From positions 6,758,001 through 6,822,000 of the forward strand of contig OZ024740.1 in NCBI GenBank assembly GCA_964016885.1: DNA of 64,000 nucleotides. The letters are read 5' to 3'. Under the pieces are notes generated by a model. That model was not told where the DNA came from and made no database searches. It saw only the letters and a program-made list of their open reading frames with translations. Below, in pieces: positions 1 to 12,357 of the stretch. Position 1 is the stretch's first letter, and every line of letters starts with the position of its first letter. Source of the stretch: Eledone cirrhosa. Taxonomy: Eukaryota. The translations under genes were made by a program, and so were the position numbers.

Positions 1-2356
1 TTCCAACCAGCCAACAAACTGCTAATATGTCCAGTCTTCCAACCAGCCAACAAGCTGCTAATATGTCCAGTCTTCCAACCAGCCAGCAAGCTGCTAATAT
101 GTCCAGTCTTCCAACCAGCCAACAAGCTGCTAATATGTCCAGTCTTCCAACCAGCCAACAAGCTGCTAATATTTCCAGTCTTCCAACCAGCCAACAAGCT
201 GCTAATATGTCCAGTCTTCCAACCAGCCAGCAAGCTGCTAATATGTCCAGTCTTCCAACCAGCCAACAAGCTGCTAATATGTCCAGTCTTCCAACCAGCC
301 AACAAGCTGCGAATATTTCCAGTCTTCCAACCAACCAACAAGCTGCTAATATGTCCAGTCTTCCAACCAGCCAACAAGCTGCTAATATGTCCAGTCTTCC
401 AACCAGCCAACAAACTGCTAATATGTCCAGTCTTCCAACCAGCCAACAAGCTGATAATATGTCCAGTCTTCCAACCAGCCAACAAGCTGCTAATATGTCC
501 AGTCTTCCAACCAGCCAACAAGCTGCTAATATGTCCAGTCTTCCAACCAGCCAACAAGCTGCTAATATGTCCAGTCTTCCAACCAGCCAACAAGCTGCTA
601 ATATGTCCAGTCTTCCAACCAGCCAACAAGCTGCTAATATGTCCAGTCTTCCAACCAGCCAACAAGCTTCTAATATGTCCAGTCTTCCAACCAGCCAACA
701 AACTGCTAATATGTCCAGTCTTCCAACCAGCCAACAATCTGCTAATATGTCCAATCTTCTAACCAGCCAACAAACTGCTAATATGTCCAGTCTTCCAACC
801 AGCCAACAAGCTGCTTATATGTCCAGTCTGCCAACCAGCCAACAAGCTGCTAATATGTCCAGTCTTCCAGCCAGCCAACAAGCTGCTAATATGTCCAGTC
901 TTCGAACCAGCCAACAAGCTGCTAATATGTCCATTCTTCCAACCAGCCAACAAGCTGCTAATATGGCCATTCTTCCAACCAGCCAACAAACTGCAAATAT
1001 GTCAAGTCTTCCAACCAGCCAACTAACTGCTAATATGTCCAGTCTTCCAACCAGCCAACTAACTGCTAATATGTCCAGTCTTCCAACCAGCCAACAAACT
1101 GCTAATATATCCAGTCTTCCAACCAGTCAACAGGCTGCTAATATGTCCAGTCTTCCAAACAGCCAACAAGCTGCTAATATGTCCAGTCTTCCAACCAGCC
1201 AACAAGCTGCTAATATATCCAATCTTCCAACCAGCCAATAAACTGCTAATATGTCCAGTCTCCCAATCAGCCAACAAACTGCTAATATGTCCAGTCTTCC
1301 AACCAGCCAACAAGCTGCTAATATGTCCAGTCTTCCAACCAGCCAACAAGCTGCTAATATGTCCAGTCTTCCAACCAGCCAACAAGCTGCTAATATATCC
1401 AATCTTCAAACCAGCCAATAAACTGCTAATATGTCCAGTCTCCCAATCAACCAACAAACTGCTAATATGTCCAGTCTTCCAACCAGTCAACAAGCTGCTA
1501 ATATGTCCACTCTTCCAATCAGCCAACAAACTGTTAATATGTCCAGTCTCCCAACCAGCCAACAAACTGCTAATATGTCCAGTCTTCCAACCAGCCAACA
1601 AACTGCTAATATGTCCAGTCTTCCAACCAGCCAACAAGCTGCTAATATGTCCAGTCTTCCAACCAGCCAGCAAGCTGCTAATATGTCCAGTCTTCCAACC
1701 AGCCAACAAGCTGCTAATATGTCCAGTCTTCCAACCAGCCAACAAGCTGCTAATATTTCCAGTCTTCCAACCAGCCAACAAGCTGCGAATATTTCCAGTC
1801 TTCCAACCAACCAACAAGCTGCTAATATGTCCAGTCTTCCAACCAGCCAACAAGCTGCTAATATGTCCAGTCTTCCAACCAGCCAACAAACTGCTAATAT
1901 GTCCAGTCTTCCAACCAGCCAACAAGCTGATAATATGTCCAGTCTTCCAACCAGCCAACAAGCTGCTAATATGTCCAGTCTTCCAACCAGCCAACAAGCT
2001 GCTAATATGTCCAGTCTTCCAACCAGCCAACAAGCTGCTAATATGTCCAGTCTTCCAACCAGCCAACAAGCTGCTAATATGTCCAGTCTTCCAACCAGCC
2101 AACAAGCTGCTAATATGTCCAGTCTTCCAACCAGCCAACAAGCTTCTAATATGTCCAGTCTTCCAACCAGCCAACAAACTGCTAATATGTCCAGTCTTCC
2201 AACCAGCCAACAAGCTACTAATATGTCCAGTCTTCCAACCAGCCCACAAGCTGCTAATATGTCCAGTCTTCCAACCAGCCAACAAACTGCTAATATGTCC
2301 AGTCTTCCGACCAGCCAACAAGCTACTAATATGTCCAGTCTTCCAACCAGCCAATA
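1..2356. repeat. 36-bp tandem minisatellite (about 65 copies, runs off the left edge), consensus GCTAATATGTCCAGTCTTCCAACCAGCCAACAAGCT
   Basis: Direct 36-nt periodicity with no indels seen; it generates the 12-aa repeat ORFs on both strands. Confidence 0.98.
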
Positions 2357-2706
2357 AAAGACTTTTAGAGACACACAACTTCCCCGATGGTTCCGACACT
2401 TATGAAGTCTATTGTGGAGAGTTTTTCACAGAGTTATCTTTGATTCGGAAAACTGCGAGGAATTTCCTCCCTTCCAGATCCTCTGCCAAGCTGGCAGCAA
2501 TCATAAAGTCTTCTAGGTTACTAGTGGAGGTTAAAACAAGCCAGGGGACAAAGAATTTCTAATGAATTATGGGTAATAAAGATGAAAAGTTAATAAATAA
2601 AACAAATAATAATAGCCAACGTAGAATTTCTCTCAAGTTATTTTGTTACAGTAAAAAACACATGAATTATTGTTGTTGTTGTAAATAACAACAAAAATGT
2701 AGTTGT

Positions 2707-2883
2707 TATCGTTAGAGGGTTGGACACCATGCTTTTCAGCATAGAGTTACGCCCCTTTACGTTCTTAGTTCAAATCCCACCGAAGTTGACTTTGCCTTTC
2801 ATCCTTACGGGGTCGATAAAATAAAGTACCAGTAACGCACAGGGGTAATTGCTGGCCTTGTGCCTAAAGTAGAAACAATTATT
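2707..2883 (+). mobile_element. tRNA-derived SINE, family S1 (5' slightly truncated)
   Basis: B-box-like AGTTCAAATCC, conserved core GCCTTTCATCCTTACGGGGTCGATAAAATAAAGTACCAG and (ATT)n tail; four more copies occur in the window. Confidence 0.85.
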
Positions 2884-2951
2884 ATATTGATAATAATAGT
2901 AATAAAATGTGAGACAAATATATATTAAAATTTACAACAAATATAAAAATA

Positions 2952-3103
2952 AAGGAGGAGGATGAGGAAGAGGGGAGGGAGGAGGAGGAGAAGAAGAAGA
3001 AGAAGAAGAAGAAGAAGAAGAAGAAGAAGAAGAATAAGAAGAAGAAGAAGAATTATAATACAAAGCAAATAAAAACACTTGAAGATAACAAGCAAATATA
3101 GCT

Positions 3104-3142
<39 letters not shown>

Positions 3143-3178
3143 CATTCATACATATATACATATATATATGTATATGCA

Positions 3179-3226
<48 letters not shown>

Positions 3227-3234
3227 CATTCATA

Positions 3235-3283
<49 letters not shown>

Positions 3284-3355
3284 ATGTGTGTATCTATATA
3301 TATATACACGTATCTATAATATGTTATACACACGTACACATGCATGCATATACAC

Positions 3356-3395
<40 letters not shown>
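2952..3395. repeat. (GGA)/(GAA)n plus compound (TA)/(CA) microsatellites
   Basis: Seen directly. Confidence 0.95.
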
Positions 3396-3399
<4 letters not shown>

Positions 3400-3823
3400 A
3401 CAAGAGTGAGGTTCAGCAAGCTGGGCAGTGGTGAAGAATCATAATTTAAAATAAAGAGAAATATGAAAGACTTATAAAGACATGATCAATATTTTCTTTT
3501 TCTGACTTCTCATCATTCATATTCCTTATTTATTGATTGATTTTCTTTTATATATTTATCTATTTATGTTTTATTTACTCATTTATTTACGATATTTGTA
3601 GAAATTATTTTTTGGGGGGTTTTATTTTGTTATTAATTTTTTTCTTACGCTTTTGTGTGTTTTATTATATTTTATTGAATTATTTTTCTTTTTTTATTGT
3701 TGAATAATTTATTTTTTTGGTGAGGGGGAGGGGGAGAAATCAGATTTTTTGGCTGACTGAATCAGTTGGCAGATCACCAAAGTTTGATCCTATAATAGGA
3801 ATACATACATATATATATATATG

Positions 3824-3883
<60 letters not shown>

Positions 3884-3887
<4 letters not shown>

Positions 3888-4070
3888 AACAAGTAAGACC
3901 CCGACGGCTGAGCTCAAGCCGTTTCGACGGCTAATTCGAATTAGCCGTCGAAACGGCTTGAGCTCAGCCGTCGGGGTCTTACTGGTTCCTATTACCCACT
4001 CTACTACCCCAAGTATTGAGTACTTTGGTGCGTTATGGTCCACCTGGTTCCTTACCACATTTCCTTCGTT
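3884..4070 (+). mobile_element. Short PLE 3'-end (pLTR) fragment with an inverted copy forming a 108-bp palindrome (3884-3991), inserted in (TA)n
   Basis: Palindrome centred at 3937/3938 with one mismatch. The right arm carries the 3' half of a hammerhead: GAAA(3950)-CGGCT-TGAGCTC-AGCCG-TC-GGGG. The same family occurs at 26107-26205. Confidence 0.75.
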
Positions 4071-4150
4071 ATATATATATATATATATGTATGTATATAT
4101 ATATATATATGTATGTATATATATATATATATGTATGTATATATATATAT

Positions 4151-5802
4151 CATCATCATCATCATCATCACCGTTTTACGTCCGTTCTTCCACGCTAGCA
4201 TGGGTTAGACAGGTTGTCCTGTTGTGGGCAGTGTCTGGTCGGCTGACCATGCCTTGCTCATACAGGAACTGATTTGGCTTGGTTTCTACAGCTGGATGCC
4301 CTTCCTAACACCAACCTCATTTACAGTGTGGGGCTGGGTACTTTTTTCGTGGCACCTACACGTCCACTTTACAGTGTGGGCTGGGTGCTTTTTTTTCCGT
4401 GGCACCTCCACGACCACCTTGCGGTGGGGGGTGTGGGGGCATATTGTCTATATGCTTCAGCTTGTACCCATGGGAGGTCGGGTACTCTGTATTATTGCGT
4501 GACGCCAGAAGTCACGGTCGTGTGTCATTGTCTTTAAGAGGTGTAATTGGGTAAGGTCGGCTTTTATCACCTCATCCCAGGTCATCTTGGGTCTCCCCAC
4601 TCCGTGGTTTCCATCAACTTCTAGTGCTCTGCACCTTTTTATGCAGCTATCATCCTTCATACGCATCACATGTCCATACCAGCACAACCGCCTCTCCTGC
4701 ACACAGCATTTGATTCCTCTTATGCTCAGTCTCTCTCTCAATTCATTTATGCTTTGTCGTTCACGTATATTATTGTTACACATCCATTGGAGCATGCAGG
4801 CTTCGTTTCTCTCTAATCTACGTAAGTCTTCCACCTTCAGCGCCCAGGTCTCGCTACCATGCAACATCGCTGTTCGGATACACGCATCATACAGTTTGCC
4901 TTTCATTCTGAGGGAGAAGCCTTTTGCAGCTAGCAGTGGTAGTAGTTCCCTAAACTTCTTCCATCCCGTTCTTACCCTAGTTGTGGCACTTTCTGAACAC
5001 CCACCTCCGTTGCTAATTCGGTCACCTAGGTAGCAGAAGCTGTCTACTGTTTCTACAGGGCCCTCCCAGAGATTGGTGGTACTTGTTTCCTGTGGCTGTT
5101 TGCTTGCTGTTTCAGCACAGCTGCTGAATGTGAATCCTACATTCTTAATTAAGCTTCCTGAGATCCCGCTACATCTCTTGTGTACCCATTGTTTGCATTT
5201 GGGGCAGAGAATGGAGTTCCTACCTACACCTTTCCTACATACTGAGCAAGGCCATTTCCCTGAGGGGATCTGGGTTCTGTCTTCTCGTCTACTTACAAAG
5301 ACCTTAGTCTTTGTCATGTTGACTTTGAGACCCTTTCTTTCTAGTCCCTGCTTCCAGATTTGGAATTTATTCTCTAGTTCTACCATAGATTCAGCTATGA
5401 GTGCGAGGTCATCAGCATACAGGAGTTCCCATGGGCATCCGGTCTTAAACTCCTCTGTTATTGCCTGCAGGACTATGATGAACAGGAGAGGGCTAAGAAC
5501 AGAGCCCTGGTGGACCCCAACCTGTACGCTAAATTCCTCGCTATACTCATTGCTAATCCTAACTTTGCTGACTGCTCCCCTATACAGGGCTTGTACCGCT
5601 TTCACAAGCCATTCATCTACTCCTAGTTTTCTAAGAGCCCACCAGATTACAGCGCGTTGAACTCTGTCAAAGGCTTTCTCAAGGTCGACAAATGCCAAGT
5701 AGAGTGGCTTACTTTTAGCTAGGTACTTTTCCTGTAATTGCCTCACAAGGAAGAGGGCATCAGTGGTGCCTCTTCCTGGTACAAACCCAAATTGCATCTC
5801 AT
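4151..5802 (-). mobile_element. 5'-truncated RTE-clade LINE: RT and C-terminal ORF 5800..4457, 3' UTR, (GAT)n tail
   Basis: Motifs QFGF, FVDLEKAFDRV, GVHQGSVLSPLLF, LLYADD, YLG, MLHGSETW, RLxWYGHV, GRPKMTW; tail CCCATGCTAGCGTGGAAGAACGGACGTAAAACGG(TGA)n. Confidence 0.95.
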
Positions 5803-6599
5803 ATATATATATATATATATATACATATATCATATATATATATATATATATAAGCATGTATATATATATATACATGTGTATATATATATATATGCATATA
5901 TATATACACATACACATATATGCCATTTGTAAATATACACATATATACACACATGACCACCATTAAATGTCTGTTTTCCCTACTAGGAAGGGTTGAATGA
6001 GTCTTCAAAGACCAAGTCTATAATCAATTGTTACTAGTGAGCTTCAGACAAGACAGTGTGTTTACATCATAATTACATATCCTCTATCATTTTATCATGA
6101 CACCAACATTAGATATATTGTCTTGTCTTTGATGCAAATGAAGGGTCCTCTCTTCCCTTTTTTTAAATGATTTCTACAGCAGGTTGCTCTTCCTATCACC
6201 AGTTACCTTATATATAAACACTCAATTCCCAACATACTTACATATGGTTTCTTTTGAATGAAATAGTTCTAGTCCTGTAGAAGCCATTTCTATATTAAAC
6301 ATGATGTTTACACTCTACTAATGTAATGAGTACCTAACTTACTGTGGTTTACCCCCGATTGAACCCGGGACTCTCTCTCTCTCACATGCATATATGTATA
6401 AACTGGAACACCATATACTTGAATCTCATAAGAATTGATTAAAAGTGTTGTTATCAGGGAATCCAATGGTAAAACAGTGCCTCAAAAACCCTGGCCAACC
6501 TGTGACAGCATGTAAAAAAATTTAATGTAAAAATTATATATATATATATATGGGGGGAAGGGTTGTGTGTGAGTGTGTGGGGTGTTGGTTTTTAGAATA

Positions 6600-6763
6600 G
6601 GTTAGTAGGTACACAATGTGAATGTCTGCATGTCATAAGAGGTGACAACAAGGGTTGGCATCAAGAGGAACATCTGGCTGTGAAACATTGCCTCAAAACA
6701 TCCCATCCAACACATTCCAGCAGAGAAAATTAGAAGTTAATAGTAATGATGATGACGATGATA
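6600..6763 (+). mobile_element. Degenerate SINE or LINE 3' end with RTE-type (GAT)n tail
   Basis: GGTTGGCATCAAGAGGAACATCTGGCTGTGAAA resembles the RTE 3' UTR (GGTTGGTGTTAGGAAGGGCATCCAGCTGTAGAAA) and ends in GATGATGACGATG. Confidence 0.5.
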
Positions 6764-6822
6764 ATATTATATATAATATGGAAAACGAAGAGTCAGTTAT
6801 GCATCGGAACACAAATTTATTA

Positions 6823-6913
6823 CGTATTACAAATTGTTCTCCGGCGAATGGCTCGAGGTGCGATCTGTTTGTGGATCGAACCTGACTCTGGATTCGCAAG
6901 TTCCTCAGATACG
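6823..6913 (-). ncRNA. Degenerate type I hammerhead-like motif in a PLE pLTR fragment (about 6775-6945)
   Basis: Minus strand: CGTAT-CTGAGGA-[GCGAAT...ATTCGC]-GAGAA-CAATTTG-TA-ATACG followed by AATAAA. Stem I has 5 bp; the GAAA box is imperfect. Confidence 0.55.
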
Positions 6914-7264
6914 TCTAGTGACTTTGAAGCAAATTCTCTTTCTCTTATATATATATATATATATAATGCTGGTTAATTTCCTTATAACTGTATATATATA
7001 TATAATTTGAAGTTTATTCTTTTATTATGAAAAACTGCATACAGAAAACAGTTTCCTGAAATAGAAAAAAACTTTAGTTTACCCTTTTGTTTAATATTTA
7101 TCAATATTTTATATATTATCAGTATTTTTAAAATATTTTCAATCTTTACATTATCTTCCATAGTTTACAGTGATTGGAAATAATTTTATTAAAATCACCA
7201 TAAAATGTCTACAATTAAAATACCATAAACCCAAACTCAGCTTTTCAGGCAAAATCTATATTCC

Positions 7265-7339
<75 letters not shown>

Positions 7340-7748
7340 TGTATATGTATATACACAATCTCTTTTGCCCTTTCAGAATTTTTCCCTTTTTTATTTTTCT
7401 TATTTCATAAAAATGTTTGCATTGAATAATTTGTAGCTAACACAATAAAAAAACAACACTTTTCTTCCGCTGTCTGATTCTGTTACATATATCTATTAGT
7501 TTTCTCCAGTTTGAAGTCTTTCTGTTATATATTTTCTCCTCAAATATGAGGTCAGTGGAGGAGGAGGAGGAGGAGGAGAAGAAGAAAGATTTACTTGCCG
7601 CAGTCTGAGTTATGTTTCAGTTCTTTGTCAAGAATTTACTGCAGTAGCCTGCAAGCAATGGCGTTCATAGACATAGTAAATAGCTATGGATTTGTCTCAG
7701 AGCATCCAGCTTGTATAAACATTATATATATATATATAATATATATAT

Positions 7749-7935
7749 GGGCAGTGAATTGGCAGTATCGGTAGAGGGTTGGACACCATGCTTTGACGCA
7801 TAGAGTTACGGCCCTTTCCATTCTGAGTTCAAATCCCGCCGAGGTTAACTTTGCCTTTCATCCTTATGGGGTCGATAAAATAAAGTACCAGTAATGCACT
7901 GAGGTATTTGCAGGCCTTGTGCCAATAGTAGAAAC

Positions 7936-7940
<5 letters not shown>
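7749..7940 (+). mobile_element. tRNA-derived SINE, family S1, full length
   Basis: A-box TGGCAGTATCGG, B-box GAGTTCAAATCC and conserved core; flanked by (TA)n. Confidence 0.9.
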
Positions 7941-7979
<39 letters not shown>

Positions 7980-8485
7980 ATATATATATGTGTGTGAGTG
8001 TGTGTGTGTGTTTATAATACATACAAATATGTGTGTGTATTGTTATACAATCATTTTATGTGTAAATAATTAACTTTCCACAAGCAGCAGACATTTTGGG
8101 GGATATAGATAAAGATGTTATACATACATACACACATACATACAGATACATACATACATACATACATACATACATACACACCCACACACACATACACACC
8201 CACACATACATATATACATCTTCTTGTTGCTACCTTCCTATGAAATATGCTGAGGTAATTAGAAGAATGTGGAATACATTGAGTGAAACAAAAGAAGAGA
8301 CAGGAATAAGTCTGAGACTGACAAATATTGGTGAAGACTGAAGAGTTCTTTACAAATTAAAGTGTAACTCAACTGATTTGGGTCCACAGAATAAGGATAT
8401 CAATATTTAAAAAATAATAGAGATGGTGGGGATTTATGAACCATTCGTGATGAGCAGGATCAGATCAAGTCCTTCTGAAGCCCTA

Positions 8486-8722
8486 AACACTTCAAGAGTG
8501 GTCAGAGGCCTTGAACACTTCAAGAGTGGTCAGTAGCCTTAAACATGTCAACAGCAGTCAGAGGCCTTAATCACTTCAAGAGCAGTCAGTGGCCTTAATC
8601 ACTTCAAGAGTGGTGAACACTTCAAGAGTGGTCAGTGTCCTTAAATACTTCAAGAGTGGTCAGTGGCCTTAATCACTTCAAGAGTGGTCAGTAGCCTTAA
8701 ATACTTCAGAGTGGTCAGTGGC
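8486..8722. repeat. About 28-bp minisatellite (about 8 copies), CACTTCAAGAGTGGTCAGTGGCCTTAAT
   Basis: Direct tandem periodicity. Confidence 0.85.
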
Positions 8723-8831
8723 TCCATTTGATTACAATGGTGACACATCCTGCCCATGCTAGCAGAGAAAATGGACGGTAAATGATGACACTGATATATA
8801 TAAATATATATCTACACAACCATATATATAT

Positions 8832-9076
8832 AAGCACCCAGCCCACACTGTAAAGTGGTCGTGTAGGTGTAACGACGAAAAGCACCCAGTTCACTCTGTA
8901 AATAAGGTTGGTGTTAGGAATGAGATCCAGCTGTAGAAACCAAGCCAAAATCAGTTCTGTATGAGCAAGATATGGTCACCTGACCTGGCATTGTTCATAA
9001 CGGGACAACTCATCTAACCCATGCTAGCGTGGAAAAATGGACGTTAAACAGTAATGGTGATGAGGATGATGATGAT
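8832..9076 (+). mobile_element. RTE LINE 3' UTR and tail fragment
   Basis: Matches the reverse complement of about 4151-4390 and ends in (GAT)n. Confidence 0.85.
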
Positions 9077-9208
9077 ATAGAGACATAATTACGTAGTTAG
9101 GAATAAGCCTCACATTCACCTTAGGTGAACATAGCAAATCACTGCCTATCTTCTTTTCGTTTCTAACTTATCTATTCTTTTCTGCTCCATAATCAACAAT
9201 AACCAAAT

Positions 9209-10071
9209 TCTCAGAGGGCTCTGTAGAAACAGTAGACAGCTTCTGCTACTTAGGTGACCAAATCAGCAGTAGAGGTGTGTGTTCTGAAAGTACAATAGCC
9301 AGAGTAAGAACGGGATGGAGAAAGTTGAGGGAGTTACTACCACTGCTGGCTACAAAAGGCTTCTCCCTCAGAATGAAAGGCAGACTGTATGTACAGCTAT
9401 GTTACATGGTAGTGAGTGAGACCTGGGCATTGTGTGCAGGAGAATCGTGTAGATTGGAGAGAAATGAAAGTTACAATGTTCTGATGGATGTGTAATAGTA
9501 ATATGTGAGAACGGTGAAGCATAAATGAACTGAGAGAGAAAGTAGGCATAAGAGGAATGAAATATTGTGTGCAGGAGAGGAGATTACCTTGGTATGGATA
9601 TATGATACGTATGAATGATGGCACCTGTATAAAAAGGTGCAGAGCGCTCAAAGTCATTGGAAGCCTTGGGGTGGGGAGACCCAGAAACACCTGGGATGAG
9701 GTGATAAAAGCTGACCTTGCTCAATTACACTTCTCAAAGGAGATGACACAGGACTGAGACCTCTGGCGTTACGCAGTTATAAAGATGACCTGACTTCCCA
9801 CGGGCACAAGCTGAAGCATATGTACAGTATGCCCCACCCCAACACCCCAACCCAAACTATAAAGTGGACGAGTATAAGACATGGCAAAAAGCAGCCAGCC
9901 CATACTGTAAATGTGGTTGGCGTTAGGAAGGACATCCAGCCGAAGTAAACCAGTCAGAAACACCCCTATATGAGTGGGACACGGTCAACCGACACAACTT
10001 GCCTCAAAATAGAACCCATCTAACCCATGCTAGCGTAGAAGATGGACGTTAATCGATAATGATGATGATGA
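9209..10071 (+). mobile_element. Degenerate 5'-truncated RTE LINE (C-terminal ORF remnant plus 3' UTR)
   Basis: Frameshifted ARVRTGWRKLRELLPLL, ERRLPWYG, GRPRNTWDEVIKADL; same family as 4151-5802. Confidence 0.92.
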
Positions 10072-10446
10072 TATATATATATACTTTTTCTTTAGTCTCT
10101 TTACTGACTGACCCAATTATCAATTGTTCAATGTTAGTTGTATTAAATTTTGTTGATGATCATAATTAATTTGTGAGATAGATCAATAACTTTGATGTCT
10201 TTATTGAATGATTTGATGATCGTTAAGTCACTGATCTTATTGAACTATTGTTGATTGCCCTGATGAATTTGTTCAATTTTTACCCCCTCACTCTGTCGAG
10301 ATGTACTCTGCAACTGTTTAACCCCAGTTAGTATTGAGTAGGAGAGAGAGTGGTACGATGTCGTAGTACCATTGTGTGAAGCACCTTGTCCTATCATCAG
10401 TTTGTTACCTTATTAATATATATTCTGTCATTAAACTAATAGAAGG

Positions 10447-10530
10447 CTGATGAGCGTTTGATTCCAGAATCGGGCCCGATAAATATAGATCAAACCTTGA
10501 GCTGATCAATCGTGAAACACGTGTCAAACC
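10447..10530 (+). ncRNA. Hammerhead-like motif with long stem II loop in a PLE 3' fragment
   Basis: CTGATGA-GCG-(about 55 nt)-CGT-GAAA-CACGTG-TC followed by AATAAA. Stem III is palindromic; stem I pairing is poor. Confidence 0.6.
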
Positions 10531-10670
10531 TCAATAAAATCTGACACCTCATCTTTAATTATTATTCAAATTACAATCTGCTTAGTACAACACCAAAGTA
10601 CATACTGGGGACTACGCAGTGAGTGCTCACTGTGGTAGACCAACAGTAACTTGACGTTACAATCCCTAGA

Positions 10671-10701
<31 letters not shown>

Positions 10702-10729
10702 TATACATACATACATATATATATACACA

Positions 10730-11292
10730 GACGTATCCACAGTAAGTTGTGGGGTCTATTCTGCATGAAGAACTCGATGTAATCCGTATGTTGAAAATGT
10801 TGTAGATTAAGATAAATCCCGGAAAACAATAAAACATTCAAAGGAAAACAGAGTCATGATATAAGTTAAAAGAATGAAATAAAAAATCAAGTCATTAGAG
10901 ATATACTTCACTGCTTTACGATCGTTTCTAGGTGATGATAATACATTGTAGCTATACTCCGTTATTGATCTATGTAAGGTTAGTTACAAAATATCAGATA
11001 AAGAGAATATTTACTTACATGCATATCACCAGCTGTTTTCAAAAGCAATAATAATTTTATTCAGAATTAGTAGTATGTTAGTATCATGTCCTTATTTGGA
11101 GGAAGGAGTAGATATTCATTTTTAGGTGGAATTTGAATATTCTTCAACGAGGTACCCAAATATTGTTTTTCCATTGTGATGCAGGAATTAGATAAAAAAA
11201 GAGCTCAACTAAATATTATAATCAATTATGAAAAATATATTGAAGGAGCAAAATGCACAGAGGTATCCACAATAAGTTGTGGGGGTCTATTC

Positions 11293-11297
<5 letters not shown>
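10730..11297 (-). mobile_element. Internally deleted Naiad-type PLE (family B): pLTR end, 5' UTR, ORF start (ATG at 11174) fused to the 3' region and pLTR
   Basis: Minus strand reads MEKQYLGTSLKNIQIPPKNEYLLL, then joins at about 11102 to sequence shared with 28601-28839 and 33412-33588; a roughly 30-40 bp direct repeat occurs at both ends. Confidence 0.8.
10912..11047 (-). ncRNA. Type I hammerhead, U3-A8 variant, about 100-nt stem II region (PLE family B)
   Basis: TGCTT-TTGAAAA-[..GGTGAT...ATCACC..]-GAAA-CGATCG-TA-AAGCA; stem I has 5 bp and stem III is palindromic. Second copy at about 28649-28784. Confidence 0.65.
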
Positions 11298-11342
<45 letters not shown>

Positions 11343-11347
11343 TATAC

Positions 11348-11945
11348 ATATGTGAAAAAATGGGGAGAAGAAAACTGCAGGTTGCACATGGATAACATGT
11401 TATAAAATGAGTCCCTCATCAGTGATTTGCCAACGATCATAGATATTTCATTGCATTCAAAATCATATACCTCACGTTGGAGCAATAATAACTAAATTAA
11501 GTTATTAGGACAATTAAAACGCGTAAAGCGAGTGAGACAAGTAACAACAAAGAGGAAAGCTAACCGTAGATAGGAAGGGCACAAGCTACATAGTCATTCT
11601 GTCAGCATAAGCTGGGTGAATATATGAGCGCGTAGAAAAAAGACCTTTCGAGATGAATCCAAATGTAAGAAAGAAGGAAATTGTTTTCGTCGCGAACGGG
11701 GTGAAGTGAGAAGGGGAGAAACAGTGAGTGAGTGAGTGGAAGTGTGAGGAAGAGGTCAGTAGAGAGAAAGTGTTAACTGACATGACAGAGGGGGCGAAAG
11801 AAAGTAAGAGAAACAGAGAGAACGAGGGAGCAGTAAGAGAGAGAGAGAGAGAAAAACAGAATCGCAGTTTAGGTAAATATATGTGAAAAAATGGGGAGAA
11901 GAAAACTGCAGGTTGCACATGGATAACATGTTATAAAATGAGTCC

Positions 11946-11950
<5 letters not shown>
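11348..11950. repeat. Unclassified element of about 600 bp with about 72-bp direct repeats (11348-11419 and 11879-11950), in (TA)n
   Basis: ATATGTGAAAAAATGGGGAG...GAGTCCCTCAT occurs twice; probably a PLE pLTR arrangement (inference). Confidence 0.6.
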
Positions 11951-11999
<49 letters not shown>

Positions 12000-12264
12000 T
12001 ATATATACTTACATATATATATATATATATATATATAAACACACAGATACATGCGGACACATACATACACATGAATATATCCACATATATCGGCTTTGAT
12101 ATAAATACCCCCTCCGCCTCCGTGGTATTTTTTTCATTTTTTCAGGGTTATAAGGGGCTTAGCTCTGTTTCTTGACCGCTGTATCACGTGATTGACTCCT
12201 CCTCCGCCTTTTCGAGATTCTATCTCGCGCATCACAGACGTGTTTTGAAACCCTTAATGTGGTA

Positions 12265-12357
12265 TCCTCTTGATAAGTCGGCAGACCTCACAAAAACTCT
12301 ATATCTCTATGATGTAGTGTTTTTGCATAATATGCCACGAAACTACGTAGTCGGGGA
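12265..12357 (+). ncRNA. Type I hammerhead ribozyme, U3-A8 variant, GUC cleavage site at 12352
   Basis: TCCTC-TTGATAA-GTcGGCA-(about 50 nt)-TGCCAC-GAAA-CTACGTAG-TC-GGGGA; all three stems pair and stem III is palindromic. Confidence 0.85.

Noticed and set aside
27-2399. 12-aa repeat ORFs (MSSLPTSQQAAN and antisense frames) as a mucin-like gene
   Set aside because: Open in several frames at once, interrupted by stops, and the MSS frame terminates at the array edge.
7749-7850. tRNA gene
   Set aside because: A and B boxes belong to a multi-copy SINE head; no complete cloverleaf is evident.
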